NCBI GenBank assembly: GCA_031261395.1
Contig: JAISJT010000004.1
Span: 8,675-72,674 of the forward strand
From: Eubacteriales Family XIII. Incertae Sedis bacterium
Lineage (GTDB): Bacteria; Bacillota; Clostridia; Peptostreptococcales; Anaerovoracaceae
DNA: 64,000 bases
Direction: 5' to 3'
A program made the translations under genes and the position numbers. Position 1 is the first letter of the stretch, and each line of letters opens with the position of its first letter. This document shows, one piece after another, positions 1-10,732 of this stretch. A model generated the notes under the pieces. It saw only the letters and a list, made by a program, of their open reading frames with translations. It searched no databases and had not been told where the DNA came from.

Positions 1-430
1 TTGCCATGCTGATATTGAAAAGAATCCTAAGCATCGCAACCACTAAGAAGACCCCGAGTCCGATAGCGACCGTGATGGTCAGCACATTGGTCGGGACACT
101 CGGCACCTGACGCGAAAGAACCTGCAGGTCGGGCTCCGCGATCGTCACCATGGTACCCATGAGCAGCGCCGCGACCACGATCAGCCATATCTTGCCCGAG
201 CGCGACAGATAGTTGCCGAGATGTTCGCCGATCGGCATCATCGCAAGGTCTGCTCCAAGGGTAAATACGGCCATGCCGATCACCAAAAAGAGTGAGCCAA
301 CGAGAAACATGCCGCGCACCGCGAACGGCATCGGGGCCACCGTAAAATTCAGCACCAACACGATTACTATGATGGGCAGAAGGGACTTGATCGACTCATT
401 CAGTTTTTCGCGCAGTATTTTGGACATCAT
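1..430 (-). CDS. DUF1538-family membrane protein (3' part runs off the window)
   Basis: Manual translation from ATG at 430: MMSKILREKLNESIKSLLPIIVIVLVLNF...FTLGADLAMMPIGEHLG...TIAEPDLQVL, typical DUF1538 motifs; not in ORF track because truncated. Confidence 0.85.
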   Translation of the reverse strand, partial: MMSKILREKLNESIKSLLPIIVIVLVLNFTVAPMPFAVRGMFLVGSLFLVIGMAVFTLGADLAMMPIGEHLGNYLSRSGKIWLIVVAALLMGTMVTIAEPDLQVLSRQVPSVPTNVLTITVAIGLGVFLVVAMLRILFNISMA

Positions 431-489
431 TAATTAGTGTAACATGATATACTGATTCCATCAAAAGACATTTTAAGGAGGTATATTTC

Positions 490-1272
490 ATGAAAGCGTA
501 TCAAACACTGACATTCGAGAAAAAAGGCAAGATCGGTATCGTCAAAGTCAACCGCCCCGAGGCGCTGAACGCGCTGAATGAGGCGGTGCTGACCGAACTC
601 GCGGAAATCTTTGCAGAGATCGAGGCGGACGACTCGGTCGGCGTCACGATCCTCACGGGCGAGGGCCGTTCATTTGTCGCCGGCGCGGATATCGCCGCGA
701 TGAAACAGCTGAATACACTCGAAGGACGGGACTTCATGATCAAGGGCCAGGCCGTCATGAATCAGATCGAAGCGACGCAAAAGCCTGTCATCGCGGCGGT
801 CAACGGCTTTGCGCTCGGCGGCGGCTGCGAACTCGCGATGGCCTGCGACTTCCGCTTCGCTTCCGAAAAAGCAAAATTCGGCCAGCCCGAAGTGGGTCTC
901 GGCATCATCCCTGGCTTCGGCGGCACCCAGCGCCTGCCCCGGCTCGTCGGGAAAGGCATGGCCAAGCTGCTCATCTACAGTGCGGAACTGATTGGCGCGG
1001 AAGAAGCGCTGCGTATCGGTCTGGTCGAGAAGGTCTTTCCTGCCGAAGAACTATTGGCAGAGACCGAGAAGTTTGCGGAGATCATCCTCTCCAAGGCGCC
1101 TCTCGCCGTACGTGCCGCCAAGACCGCGATCAACAACGGCCTGAATACCGACCTGCTGACCGGCGTCAGCTTCGAAGGCGAGGCAACCACCGCGCCGCTG
1201 GCCTCGGAAGACAGAGCCGAAGGCATGGGCGCCTTCCTCGAAAAGCGCCCCGCCGCCTTCGAAGGGAAATAA
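490..1272 (+). CDS. Enoyl-CoA hydratase / crotonase
   Basis: NRPEALNALN, FVAGADI, GFALGGGCELAMACD, FGQPEVGLGIIPGFGGTQRLPRLVG; SD AAGGAGG upstream. Confidence 0.95.
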   Translation: MKAYQTLTFEKKGKIGIVKVNRPEALNALNEAVLTELAEIFAEIEADDSVGVTILTGEGRSFVAGADIAAMKQLNTLEGRDFMIKGQAVMNQIEATQKPVIAAVNGFALGGGCELAMACDFRFASEKAKFGQPEVGLGIIPGFGGTQRLPRLVGKGMAKLLIYSAELIGAEEALRIGLVEKVFPAEELLAETEKFAEIILSKAPLAVRAAKTAINNGLNTDLLTGVSFEGEATTAPLASEDRAEGMGAFLEKRPAAFEGK

Positions 1273-1352
1273 GCGCCCAGCGGGAAATCACAGGACGCCC
1301 GCAAGGTGTACAATAATAATATACGTTATTAAATTTGCGAAAGGAGTGCATC

Positions 1353-2747
1353 ATGACTATCGATACCCTATTCAAAAATGGAAAGATTGTTACCGACTCC
1401 GGCATCTTCAAGGCTGACGTCGCCGTCACCGGCGAAAAGATCACGGCGATTGCAGCCGGCATCAAACCGGATCCGGAGACCACTGTCATCGACTGCCGCA
1501 GCAAGCTCATCCTGCCCGGCGCGATCGACGCGCACACCCACCTCGCCATGCCTTTCGGCGGCACGATTTCATCGGACGATTACGAGACGGGCACGCGGTC
1601 GGCGGCCTGCGGCGGTACGACGACTGTCTTTGATTTCATCCTGCAGGATTTTGACGAGACCTTTCCCGACGCGATCAAGCGCCGCGACGCGCTTGCCGCG
1701 CCTCAGGCCGTCGTGGACTACAGTTTCCACCTCGCCGTCAAAGACGTGCATGACAAACTGCTCTATACGATGGAGGACGCTGTCAAGATGGGCGTGCCGA
1801 GTTTCAAAGTTTTTATGGTCTACGACTTTGGGGTCACGGACGGGGTCTTCTATCAGGTCCTCGAACACAGCAAATCTATCGGGGCGCTCATCGGCGTACA
1901 TGCGGAAAACAACGAGCTTGTCAATTATTTATCGGCAAAATATGCGGCGGAGAAGAAACTCTCGCCCTGGTATCATTATATGAGCCGGCCCGAATTTGTC
2001 GAAGGCGAGGCGGACGAGCGCGCAATCGGCTGGGCGAAGGCGACGGGCGCTTCCCTCTACATCGTGCATCTGGCAGACGCGCAGGGCATGCGCGCGGTCA
2101 CGAAGGCGCGCGACGAAGGCTATCCCATCTTTGCCGAGACCTGCCCGCAGTATTTGAATTTCACGAGCGACGTGTACAAACGCCCGGACGGACGCAATTT
2201 CGTCTGCTCGCCGCCAATGAAGGGCAAAGCCTCGCAGAAGGCGCTATGGGACGGCATCGCGCGCGGCGACATCGCGACCGTCGCGACCGACCACTGCCCC
2301 TTCCTGCAGAAAGAAAAAGATTGGGGAAAGAAGGATTTTCGCAAGATCCCCAACGGCTGCGCCGGTATAGAAAACATGTACCCCTATATGCTTTCCGAGG
2401 CGAACAAGGGACATATTTCATACAGCAAGGCCGTCGAACTCTGCTCGACGAACGTCGCCAAGATCTTTGGGATCGCGCACAAGAAAGGCGCTGTCGAGGT
2501 CGGACGCGATGCGGACATCGTCATCTACGACCCGCAGAAACGTGTCACCATCAGGAACAAAGATATGCACGGTGCGACCGATCATACGATTTGGGAAGGC
2601 GAATATCTCAGGGGTTATCCGGTCCAGACATGGAGCCGGGGCAAGCTCGTCTGCAAGGACGGCAAATTTCTTGGGGAGAAAGGCGCCGGCCGGTTCGTCG
2701 CCGGAAAGCCGATCAACCTGAAGACGCCGGATCTGCGCAACCTATAG
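1353..2747 (+). CDS. hydA: Dihydropyrimidinase (D-hydantoinase)
   Basis: PGAIDAHTHL, SFKVFM, VHAEN, ETCPQYL, CSPP, ATDHCPF, IPNG; SD AAGGAG before ATG 1353. Confidence 0.93.
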   Translation: MTIDTLFKNGKIVTDSGIFKADVAVTGEKITAIAAGIKPDPETTVIDCRSKLILPGAIDAHTHLAMPFGGTISSDDYETGTRSAACGGTTTVFDFILQDFDETFPDAIKRRDALAAPQAVVDYSFHLAVKDVHDKLLYTMEDAVKMGVPSFKVFMVYDFGVTDGVFYQVLEHSKSIGALIGVHAENNELVNYLSAKYAAEKKLSPWYHYMSRPEFVEGEADERAIGWAKATGASLYIVHLADAQGMRAVTKARDEGYPIFAETCPQYLNFTSDVYKRPDGRNFVCSPPMKGKASQKALWDGIARGDIATVATDHCPFLQKEKDWGKKDFRKIPNGCAGIENMYPYMLSEANKGHISYSKAVELCSTNVAKIFGIAHKKGAVEVGRDADIVIYDPQKRVTIRNKDMHGATDHTIWEGEYLRGYPVQTWSRGKLVCKDGKFLGEKGAGRFVAGKPINLKTPDLRNL

Positions 2748-2753
2748 CAGGCG

Positions 2754-3464
2754 ATGGCGCAAATAAAAACACCGGAAGAAATCGCGGCGCTCCGGCGCGC
2801 GGCCGAGGCGGGGTCTGCCGTATTTGCGCAGACCCTGCCTCTGATCGGCGCCGGAGTCACCGAGCGTTTCCTTGCGGTGCAGATGGAAGTCTTTGCCGAG
2901 ACCCTGAAGGGCTACGGAACTTACGGCGGTCTCGCCTTTCCCGCCATCATCGCCTCGGGGCCAAACGGCGCCGGGCCGCATGCCGAGCCTACAGACCGCG
3001 CTTTTGAGCCCGGCGACTTCATCACGATAGACTTCGGCGTCATCATTGACGGCTACTGCTCCGATATGACGCGCACCTATTTGATTGGCGAGCCGACGGA
3101 CAAACAGCGCGAAGTATACGGCTCCGTCCTGCGCGCGCAGAAGGCCGGCCTTGCCGCCGCGCGAGGCGGTATCAAATGCAAGGACCTCGACCATGTCTGC
3201 CGGAGCCTGATCGAAGCCGACGGCTATGGGGAAAATTTCATCCACACGACAGGACACGGCATCGGCACAGAGGTACACGAAGATCCCAGGATAGGGAAAG
3301 ACAAAGAAACCATTCTCGAGGCCGGCATGGCGGTCACGATCGAACCGGGCATTTACATTAAAGACTGGGGCGGCGTGCGCATCGAAGATACGGTGATCCT
3401 GACCGAAGACGGCTGCGAGGTCATTACCGCGAGCATTCCAACGACGTTAAACGCGATCGGATAA
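2754..3464 (+). CDS. M24 family (Xaa-Pro) peptidase, catalytic domain only
   Basis: PHAEP, IDFG, GYCSDMTRT, HTTGHGIGTEVHEDP, TIEPGIY, GVRIED; 236 aa with no N-terminal creatinase-like domain. Confidence 0.9.
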   Translation: MAQIKTPEEIAALRRAAEAGSAVFAQTLPLIGAGVTERFLAVQMEVFAETLKGYGTYGGLAFPAIIASGPNGAGPHAEPTDRAFEPGDFITIDFGVIIDGYCSDMTRTYLIGEPTDKQREVYGSVLRAQKAGLAAARGGIKCKDLDHVCRSLIEADGYGENFIHTTGHGIGTEVHEDPRIGKDKETILEAGMAVTIEPGIYIKDWGGVRIEDTVILTEDGCEVITASIPTTLNAIG

Positions 3465-3467
3465 AAC

Positions 3468-4652
3468 CTATACGCGGCGTTCTTTTTTGTGGGCTTTTTT
3501 GTATTGGTACATGCGGTCGTCGGCAAGCGCCAAAATTTCACTTGCGCTCTGCGTATTTTCGTTTGAAACACCAACGATGCCATAGCTGACGCTGCGGTTG
3601 TACCTGATGCTGCCGTCATCGGCCTTCGTGGAGGATTCGACGAGCTTGGTCCGCAGATCCTCAAGCACCTGCTCCATATCGCGCCCCTCGGTATCGCGTT
3701 CTTTCAAGAGTACCATGAATTCGTCACCGCCCAAACGGCAAACGATCGCCACCGGTGAAATCTCCTGCAGCAGATCGGCAACCGACTTGATATAGACGTC
3801 TCCTTCGCCATGACCGAACACGTCATTGACATATTTCAGCATATCCATATCGACAAAGATCAAACGAAAAGCCGTCTGTTCGTCAACCCACTCTTCGAGC
3901 GCCTTCATCCCGTACAAGCGATTGAAAACGCCGGTCGAAACGTCCCGGTAAGCCACATCCTCGAGCTTGCTGTACTGTTCCTTGCTTTCCGTAACGTCCG
4001 AGAGCACACAGGCCACAGCGTCGCGCTCAAACCAGCGGATGGGGTAGAGCATCATTTCAAAATACTGAATCGCAACATCGCTGATCAGCATGAAATCTTC
4101 CTTCTTCGGCTCGTCGTCGGACTCCATGCCGTGAGCGTACTCAAACAGGATGTCATAAAGCTGCTGTTCGAATGTGTCGCTTGTGAGCACACTCGCCGCA
4201 GGATGGTTTGCAAACAGATGCTCACCGCTCTCCTTGTCCACCATGACGATCCACTCTTCCATATTGCTTGTGATCGCTTCAAACATGCTGTTGGTCCGGG
4301 CAAGTTCCTGCGCCTGCGTATTGGCGCGTTCCATCTCTGCGCCGGCCTCGGCTTTGCGCAGCTCGAGCAAAACGACCATTTCGTTGAAAGCCTTGGAAAA
4401 CTCGCCCATGAAGTTGATTTTTTGCGTGTAATCGCCCATTGAAACCTGCTTGGTCTGCCAGGTCAGATGCTTGAGCGTCGCATGCAGGGCCTTGAGCGGC
4501 GACGCCAATTCATTGTCTGACGGCGGCAGCGGTATGTCCAAATCACCGCGCGACAAACTTGACGCCAGCGAGCGCATTTCGGTCACCATGCCGACAAACG
4601 ACTGCAGCGCCTCTGCAAACTCGCGATGATCTTCATCCGACAACGCGTCCAC
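3468..4652 (-). CDS. Diguanylate cyclase (HAMP-like, PAS-like, GGDEF); true start probably further upstream (~4730)
   Basis: DVSTGVFNR, DMDMLKYVNDVFGHGEGD, RLGGDEF, ADDRMYQYKK; frame stays open upstream to 4748. Confidence 0.9.
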   Translation of the reverse strand: MDALSDEDHREFAEALQSFVGMVTEMRSLASSLSRGDLDIPLPPSDNELASPLKALHATLKHLTWQTKQVSMGDYTQKINFMGEFSKAFNEMVVLLELRKAEAGAEMERANTQAQELARTNSMFEAITSNMEEWIVMVDKESGEHLFANHPAASVLTSDTFEQQLYDILFEYAHGMESDDEPKKEDFMLISDVAIQYFEMMLYPIRWFERDAVACVLSDVTESKEQYSKLEDVAYRDVSTGVFNRLYGMKALEEWVDEQTAFRLIFVDMDMLKYVNDVFGHGEGDVYIKSVADLLQEISPVAIVCRLGGDEFMVLLKERDTEGRDMEQVLEDLRTKLVESSTKADDGSIRYNRSVSYGIVGVSNENTQSASEILALADDRMYQYKKAHKKERRV

Positions 4653-4758
4653 ATCAATCGTGGCGCGGTTTGGATAGTAAACCGCGTCACGCAGATAATT
4701 AAAATACAGGTCCAGGTCGTTCTTGGCGATCGCTCTACTCTCCTGTTCTCATGGTGTC

Positions 4759-5292
4759 CTACTGTGCGTTTGCCGTGAAACGGCACACGCGGTCTCCCGT
4801 GGCCCAGCAGTCGATTTCCTTGACTTCGTAATTTTTGCCCGTATAGGCATTCAGGATGCCGGCAATGAAACCTTCGTCATAATTGCAGACCGTCTCGTTG
4901 GTCACCGGCAGGCCGCTGCAGTCGAGGTCTTGCCCGACGGTCAGTACGAGGTTGCCGGTGTCGGGATCTACGGCTTCCATGCGAAGGATGCCGATCTTGT
5001 TGTCCACCAGCGCCTTTGCGAGATTGGCCGCAAAGGTATTGAGATCGCCCGTCAGATCGAGCAGATGTTTCGCAAATTCCGAACCTGCCAAATAGCCGGA
5101 TCTGCGGAAATACTCATTGGCCGTTTCCGCGCCAAAGTCCTTTGTCAGCACATCGAGCATTGTGAACTGCATGAGGCGATAGACGAGTACCGGCATTTCT
5201 TCGCCGAGATCCTCCCGCCCTGCTTTGATGTCACCGAGATTGTCCCAGTTGAATTCATGAATGGTTGCGTCCCTCTTGAATACATTGGCCAT
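4759..5292 (-). CDS. V4R (4-vinyl reductase) domain small-molecule-binding protein
   Basis: DLDCSGLP...CNYDEGFIAGIL...EIDCWATGDRVCRF; SD GGAGG. Confidence 0.88.
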   Translation of the reverse strand: MANVFKRDATIHEFNWDNLGDIKAGREDLGEEMPVLVYRLMQFTMLDVLTKDFGAETANEYFRRSGYLAGSEFAKHLLDLTGDLNTFAANLAKALVDNKIGILRMEAVDPDTGNLVLTVGQDLDCSGLPVTNETVCNYDEGFIAGILNAYTGKNYEVKEIDCWATGDRVCRFTANAQ

Positions 5293-5380
5293 GTTGATCC
5301 TCCATTCTTCCTACGGCTCTATGCCCGCAATAATATTTGTAATCAGTATACCCCACAAAGGTTCACTATATCAAATGAAA

Positions 5381-5418
5381 TTGCCGGCCGGGTCGTATTC
5401 CTGTATAATTGTATACAA
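5381..5418 (+). promoter_or_regulatory. Sigma-A promoter of aconitase-gntR with adjacent TTGTATACAA palindrome (probable GntR/FadR-type operator)
   Basis: TTGCCG (5381-5386), 17-nt spacer, TATAAT (5404-5409), perfect palindrome TTGTATACAA 5409-5418. Confidence 0.65.
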
Positions 5419-5460
5419 AGTCAGCGACACCGTATTATCACGCAAAGGAGTTTTTTGATC

Positions 5461-7422
5461 ATGGGAGATACTCTCGCAGCAAAAATTTTGAAGACGCACT
5501 TGACCCGGGGGCGCTACGCTCCGGGAGAAGCCATCACGATCCGCATCGACCAGACGCTGACGCAGGATTCGACGGGAACGATGGCCTATCTGCAGCTCGA
5601 GGCTATGGATCCGGGCAATGTCAGGACCGAGTGTTCGGTCGCATACGTCGATCACAATACCCTTCAGACAGGATTTGAAAATGCGGATGACCATGCCTTT
5701 ATCAAAAGCGTGGCGGCCAGACACGGCATCATCTTTCAAAAGCCGGGCGGAGGCATCTGCCACCAGCTCCATCTCGAACAATACGGCGCACCGGGCAAGA
5801 CCCTGCTCGGCTCCGACAGCCATACCCCGACCTGCGGCGGCCTCGGCATGATCGCGATAGGGGCGGGCGGACTCGACGTCGCGGTGGCGATGGCGCAGGG
5901 CCGCTATGACATGACAGCGCCTAAGGTACTCGGAGTTGAACTTCGCGGCGCGCTCAGCCCCTGGGTCTCGGCCAAGGACGTCATCCTGAAAGTACTGCAG
6001 GAGCTGACGGTCAAAGGCGGCGTAGGCAAGATCGTCGAGTACTACGGACCGGGAGTTGCCTCTCTTTCGCTCACCGACCGCGCAACGATCGCGAATATGG
6101 GCGCCGAACTCGGCGCGACGACGACGGTCTTTCCCTCCGACGAAAACACGCGCCTCTATTTGGCGCAGCAGGGCCGCGAAGGCGACTACCTGCCGCTATC
6201 GGCCGATGAAGACGCCGTCTATGACGAGATCCTTCGCATTGATTTGTCCGCTCTTGTACCCCTCGCGGCCAAACCGCACAGCCCCGACAACGTAGATACC
6301 ATCCGGGCGATCGGCCCGATCAAAATCGATCAGTCCTGCATCGGCAGCTGCACGAACTCCTCGTATACGGATCTCATGAAGGCGGCCGGCATCCTGAAGG
6401 GCCGCAAAGTTCATCCGGACGTCAGCCTCGTCATATCGCCGGGCTCGGCCGCGATCCTGTCCCTGCTGGCCGAAAACGGCGCCCTGAGAGATTTGATAGA
6501 CGCCGGCGCGCGCGTCATCGAGTGCGCCTGCGGCCCGTGCATCGGCATGGGTCAATCGCCCAAATCCGGCGCTGTATCTCTGCGTACCTTCAACCGCAAC
6601 TTCAAGGGCCGCAGCGGGACAAACGATGCGGAAGTCTATATCGTCAGCCCGGAAACGGCGGCTATCTCCGCGATCACCGGCGTTTTGACCGACGGCTCCG
6701 CAGCCGCAGCCGGCCTCGGCGTCGAATTGCCGAAGATCGCATCGCCCGAACGGTTTTTCCCCAATGAAAGTTTTCGCATCTTTTCCGCCCCGATCCCGCC
6801 GGGCGCAGAATTGCCTCCCGTGGAAATGGGTCCAAACATCAAGCCCTTCCCTCAGGGGCACGCGCTCGAGGACAAGGTAGGCGCCGAAGTCGTCCTGATC
6901 TGCGGAGACAATATCACGACGGACGACATCATGCCGTCGGACAGCCGCCTGCTCCCCTATCGCTCCAACGTGCCTCATCTGGCAAACTACTGTTTCGAAA
7001 AGATCGACAGCCAATTCGCGGCGCGGGCAAAAGCGGCTCAGGCCGGACCGCTCGGCGGCGGAGCCATCGTGGGCGGCGACAACTACGGTCAGGGTTCAAG
7101 CCGTGAGCACGCCGCCCTCGCCCCGCTCTATCTTGGCATCCGCTTTGTGCTGGCCAAAAGTTTTGCGCGCATCCACCGCGCCAATCTCATCAACAGCGGC
7201 ATCCTTCCGCTCGTATTTGACGAGCCGGCGGACGTGAGCAAAATCAAACAAGGCGACGCGCTCGTGATAGAGCATGCGAAAGAGCAAATCGACAATGAAA
7301 TTATTATTGTCAAAGATACGGGGAGCGGAGTCTCCTACAAATTTGTCAATTCACTGAACGAGACCGAAAAAAAGATGATTGCCTTTGGCGGCAAGATCAA
7401 CAGCATCCGGCATGAGGCTTGA
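5461..7422 (+). CDS. Aconitate hydratase (short clostridial type)
   Basis: DQTLTQDSTGT, GSDSHT, IGSCTNSS, CACGPCIGMG, RTFNRNF, NITTDDI, NYGQGSSREHA; SD AAGGAG before ATG 5461; the upstream 246 codons of the tracked ORF are antisense shadow. Confidence 0.92.
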   Translation: MGDTLAAKILKTHLTRGRYAPGEAITIRIDQTLTQDSTGTMAYLQLEAMDPGNVRTECSVAYVDHNTLQTGFENADDHAFIKSVAARHGIIFQKPGGGICHQLHLEQYGAPGKTLLGSDSHTPTCGGLGMIAIGAGGLDVAVAMAQGRYDMTAPKVLGVELRGALSPWVSAKDVILKVLQELTVKGGVGKIVEYYGPGVASLSLTDRATIANMGAELGATTTVFPSDENTRLYLAQQGREGDYLPLSADEDAVYDEILRIDLSALVPLAAKPHSPDNVDTIRAIGPIKIDQSCIGSCTNSSYTDLMKAAGILKGRKVHPDVSLVISPGSAAILSLLAENGALRDLIDAGARVIECACGPCIGMGQSPKSGAVSLRTFNRNFKGRSGTNDAEVYIVSPETAAISAITGVLTDGSAAAAGLGVELPKIASPERFFPNESFRIFSAPIPPGAELPPVEMGPNIKPFPQGHALEDKVGAEVVLICGDNITTDDIMPSDSRLLPYRSNVPHLANYCFEKIDSQFAARAKAAQAGPLGGGAIVGGDNYGQGSSREHAALAPLYLGIRFVLAKSFARIHRANLINSGILPLVFDEPADVSKIKQGDALVIEHAKEQIDNEIIIVKDTGSGVSYKFVNSLNETEKKMIAFGGKINSIRHEA

Positions 7423-7426
7423 CACG

Positions 7427-8062
7427 ATGTCGGATGGCCGGCAATCGCTGAGCGCGGACCTGTCAGGCAAAATCCGCATAGAAATCCTGGCCGGGCAGCT
7501 GAAAAACGGCGACAAGATCACGGAGCAGGCGATCAGCGAGCGCTACGGCGTGAGCCGGACGCCCGTGCGCGAGGCCCTGAAAAACCTCGAGGCCGAGGGG
7601 CTGATCATGATGATCCCAAACCGGGGCGCCTTCGTGACCGGGCTGCCTGTCGACGATTTGCGCGACCTCTACACCCTGCGCATGGTAGGCGAAATGCAGG
7701 CCATTCGCTGGGCGGCCGTTCGCGCGACCAAGGCAGAGATCGAGGCCATCGAGGAAAGCCTCGACTTCATGGCCTTCTACACCGGGCGCGGCGATACCAA
7801 GCGCCTGAGGGCAATCAATGCGGCCTTTCACAAGCGTATCGCAGCGGCGTCACACAACCGCATACTGATCGAAAATCTATCGCATCTCCGGGATTATATC
7901 CGGTACGCCGTGCACGTCCCATCAGGCCCCGAAGCCGGTCTGACGGAGATCCTCGCCGAACACCGCGGGATCGCAGACGCTTTCAAAACCGGCGATCCGG
8001 AAAACGCCGCACTTGCGATGCGGCGCCATATCGAAAATTCACTCCTGCGGGCAAATATTTAG
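7427..8062 (+). CDS. GntR family (FCD) transcriptional regulator
   Basis: [14 protein letters not shown]...LEAEGL...PNRGAFV; FCD motifs [11 protein letters not shown] and EHRGI; start may instead be 7412. Confidence 0.93.
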   Translation: MSDGRQSLSADLSGKIRIEILAGQLKNGDKITEQAISERYGVSRTPVREALKNLEAEGLIMMIPNRGAFVTGLPVDDLRDLYTLRMVGEMQAIRWAAVRATKAEIEAIEESLDFMAFYTGRGDTKRLRAINAAFHKRIAAASHNRILIENLSHLRDYIRYAVHVPSGPEAGLTEILAEHRGIADAFKTGDPENAALAMRRHIENSLLRANI

Positions 8063-10626
8063 GCTGTGATATCGATCGTGAATTCGTCTCCTTCTTTGAC
8101 GTCTCCGCGAATGATCTTTTCGGCGATCTGCGTCTCGATGTTTTTCCTCAGATAGCGCGCGATGGGGCGGGCGCCGTACTGCGGCGAATAGGTCTCCTTC
8201 GCAATGAATCGCTTCGTGCCGTCCGTGAACTTCACGGTGATGCCCTTTTCGGCAAGCCTTCTTTGAATCTCGGCAAGCTGGATCTCTATGATCTTTACGA
8301 TATCCGCTTCCGTCAGCGGACTGAACACCACGACGTCGTCAATGCGGTTCAGAAACTCGGGCCGGAAGTGCATTTTCATCTCTTCGCGCACGTGTTCCCT
8401 GACATCATCGTCGATCGTGCCGTCTTTTTCGATGCTCTCAGTCAGGAAGGCGCTGCCGATATTGCTCGTCATGATGATGATCGTATTTTTGAAATTGACC
8501 GTGCGCCCCTGGTTGTCCGTGAGCCGCCCGTCATCAAGCAGCTGCAGCAGCGTGTTGAACACATCCGGATGAGCCTTCTCAATTTCGTCGAATAATATCA
8601 CAGAATACGGCCTTCTTCGCACAGCCTCCGTGAGCTGTCCTCCTTCTTCGTAGCCGACATAGCCCGGCGGGGCGCCGATCAGGCGGCTGACCGAAAACTT
8701 CTCCATGTACTCGCTCATATCGATCCGGATCATATTCTTTTCCGTATCGAAGAGCGCCTCGGACAGCGCTTTGGCGAGTTCGGTTTTGCCGACGCCGGTG
8801 GGGCCGAGAAAGATGAATGAGCCTATAGGCCGGCTTTCGTCCTGCATGCCCGCGCGGGCGCGCAGCACTGCCTCGGAGACAGCTTCCACGGCTTCATCCT
8901 GACCGATGACGCGCTGATGGAGGATCTCCGGCAGGCGCAGGAGTTTTTCCTTTTCAGCCTCGACAAGGCGGGCGACCGGGATACCGGTCCAGGAGGCGAC
9001 CACTTCAGCGATCTCCTCTTCCGTGACCTCTTCTTTCAGCAGGCGTTTTTCCTCTGTCTTGTCCGCGATCTCCTTGGCGTCCTCGAGCTCTTTTTCAAGC
9101 GTCGGCAAGGCGCCGTATTTGAGCTCTGCTAATTTTTCGAGATCGTAAGCACGCTCCGCTTCTTCGATTGCGAGTTTTGTATCTTCTATGCGCTGCTTCG
9201 TATCTTTCAGGGCTTCGATGGCCTGCTTTTCCGATTCCCACTGTGCGCTCATCGCATCATTTTGCGCTTTCAGTTCGGCGAGTTCTTTTTCAATGGCGGC
9301 GGCCCGCTCGCGGCTGCCTGCGTCTTCTTCCTTTAGCAGAGCCTGGCGTTCGATCTCAAGCCGGAGTATCTCGCGGCTCGCCTGGTCGATCTCGGCCGGT
9401 CTGCTGTCGATCTCCATGCGGATCTTGCTCGCCGCTTCATCCATGAGGTCGATGGCCTTGTCCGGCAGAAAGCGGTCGGTGATATAGCGGTCGGACAGCA
9501 CGGCGCAGGCAATGAGCGCCGCGTCTGTGATGCGCACGCCATGGTGAATTTCAAAGCGCTCCTTGAGACCGCGCAGGATCGATATTGTGTCTTCTACCGT
9601 CGGCTGGTCTACGAGTATCTTTTGAAAACGACGTTCAAGGGCGGCGTCCTTTTCGATATATTGCCGGTATTCGTCGAGCGTCGTCGCGCCGATGCAGTGC
9701 AGCTCGCCGCGCGCGAGTTTGGGCTTGAGCAAATTGCCGGCGTCCATCGCGCCCTCGGCCTTGCCCGCCCCGACGATATTGTGTATTTCGTCAATAAACA
9801 GAATCACGCGCCCCTCGGATTTTTCGATCTCGTTCAGGACCGCCTTGAGCCGTTCTTCAAATTCTCCGCGAAACTTGGCGCCCGCGATGAGCGCACCCAT
9901 ATCGAGGGCAAAGATCGTCTTGTCTTTGAGTCCCTCGGGCACGTCGCCGGCAAGGATGCGCTGCGCAAGTCCTTCTACGACAGCCGTCTTTCCCACGCCG
10001 GGCTCCCCGATCAGGACCGGATTGTTTTTCGTGCGGCGCGAGAGGATCTGGATCGTATGGCGGATCTCTTCGTCACGCCCGATCACGGGATCGAGCTTGC
10101 CTTCCCTTGCAAGCTGCACGAGGTCGCGCCCGTATTTTGTCAGCGCCTCATAGCCTTCTTCGGGATTTTGCGAGGTGATGCGCTGGTTGCCGCGTACCGC
10201 TTCGAGCCGGGCGAGGAAACCTTCTTTCGTGACGCCGCGCGACTTCATGATCCCCGCAGACGGCGTGCCAGATTCATTCAGCAGCGCAAGGAAAAGATGT
10301 TCGACGCTGACAAAGTCGTCGTTCCACTGTTTTGCGATCTGTTCCGCATCGCCCAAAAGCTTGCCTGCCCGGCGCGTCGGGTACAGACCGTCGTCGCCCC
10401 CCGCGACCTTGGGCCGCTTGTCGAGCTCCGCTTCCACGTCGTGGACAAATCCCGCCGTGTCGACGTTCATCAGCCCCAGAATGCGCGGGATCAGCCCCTC
10501 ATCCTGCAACAGCAAAGCCAATAATATATGCTCGCCGTCTAACTGTTGGTGTCCCATCTGAATCGCAATATTTTGACTGCTTGCGATTGCATCCTGTGTA
10601 TTTTGCGTAAATTTTTCAAAATTCAT
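8059..10626 (-). CDS. clpB: ATP-dependent chaperone ClpB
   Basis: Two AAA modules ([16 protein letters not shown]), [10 protein letters not shown], coiled-coil middle domain, [16 protein letters not shown]. Confidence 0.97.
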   Translation of the reverse strand: MNFEKFTQNTQDAIASSQNIAIQMGHQQLDGEHILLALLLQDEGLIPRILGLMNVDTAGFVHDVEAELDKRPKVAGGDDGLYPTRRAGKLLGDAEQIAKQWNDDFVSVEHLFLALLNESGTPSAGIMKSRGVTKEGFLARLEAVRGNQRITSQNPEEGYEALTKYGRDLVQLAREGKLDPVIGRDEEIRHTIQILSRRTKNNPVLIGEPGVGKTAVVEGLAQRILAGDVPEGLKDKTIFALDMGALIAGAKFRGEFEERLKAVLNEIEKSEGRVILFIDEIHNIVGAGKAEGAMDAGNLLKPKLARGELHCIGATTLDEYRQYIEKDAALERRFQKILVDQPTVEDTISILRGLKERFEIHHGVRITDAALIACAVLSDRYITDRFLPDKAIDLMDEAASKIRMEIDSRPAEIDQASREILRLEIERQALLKEEDAGSRERAAAIEKELAELKAQNDAMSAQWESEKQAIEALKDTKQRIEDTKLAIEEAERAYDLEKLAELKYGALPTLEKELEDAKEIADKTEEKRLLKEEVTEEEIAEVVASWTGIPVARLVEAEKEKLLRLPEILHQRVIGQDEAVEAVSEAVLRARAGMQDESRPIGSFIFLGPTGVGKTELAKALSEALFDTEKNMIRIDMSEYMEKFSVSRLIGAPPGYVGYEEGGQLTEAVRRRPYSVILFDEIEKAHPDVFNTLLQLLDDGRLTDNQGRTVNFKNTIIIMTSNIGSAFLTESIEKDGTIDDDVREHVREEMKMHFRPEFLNRIDDVVVFSPLTEADIVKIIEIQLAEIQRRLAEKGITVKFTDGTKRFIAKETYSPQYGARPIARYLRKNIETQIAEKIIRGDVKEGDEFTIDITA

Positions 10627-10639
10627 GATATACCTCCCT

Positions 10640-10708
10640 TGTCATTCCGGGCGCCCCACTGTCATTCCGGGCGCCCCACTGTCATTCCGGGCGCCGACCC
10701 GGAATCCA
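10640..10708. repeat. TGTCAT-tagged palindromic element plus two 20-bp tandem partial copies in the clpB leader
   Basis: (tgtcattccgggcgccccac)x2 followed by tgtcattccgggcgccgacccggaatcca. Confidence 0.92.
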
Positions 10709-10732
10709 ATATAGTACTAGTATACCACAAAA

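Noticed and set aside
4723-5460. Apparent 246-aa N-terminal extension of aconitase
   Set aside because: Antisense to the V4R gene; promoter and SD point to ATG 5461
10640-10708. Short tandem repeats as a CRISPR array (also 21123-21280, 40489-40564, 16398-16689)
   Set aside because: No unique spacers of regular length between identical repeats and no cas genes in the window
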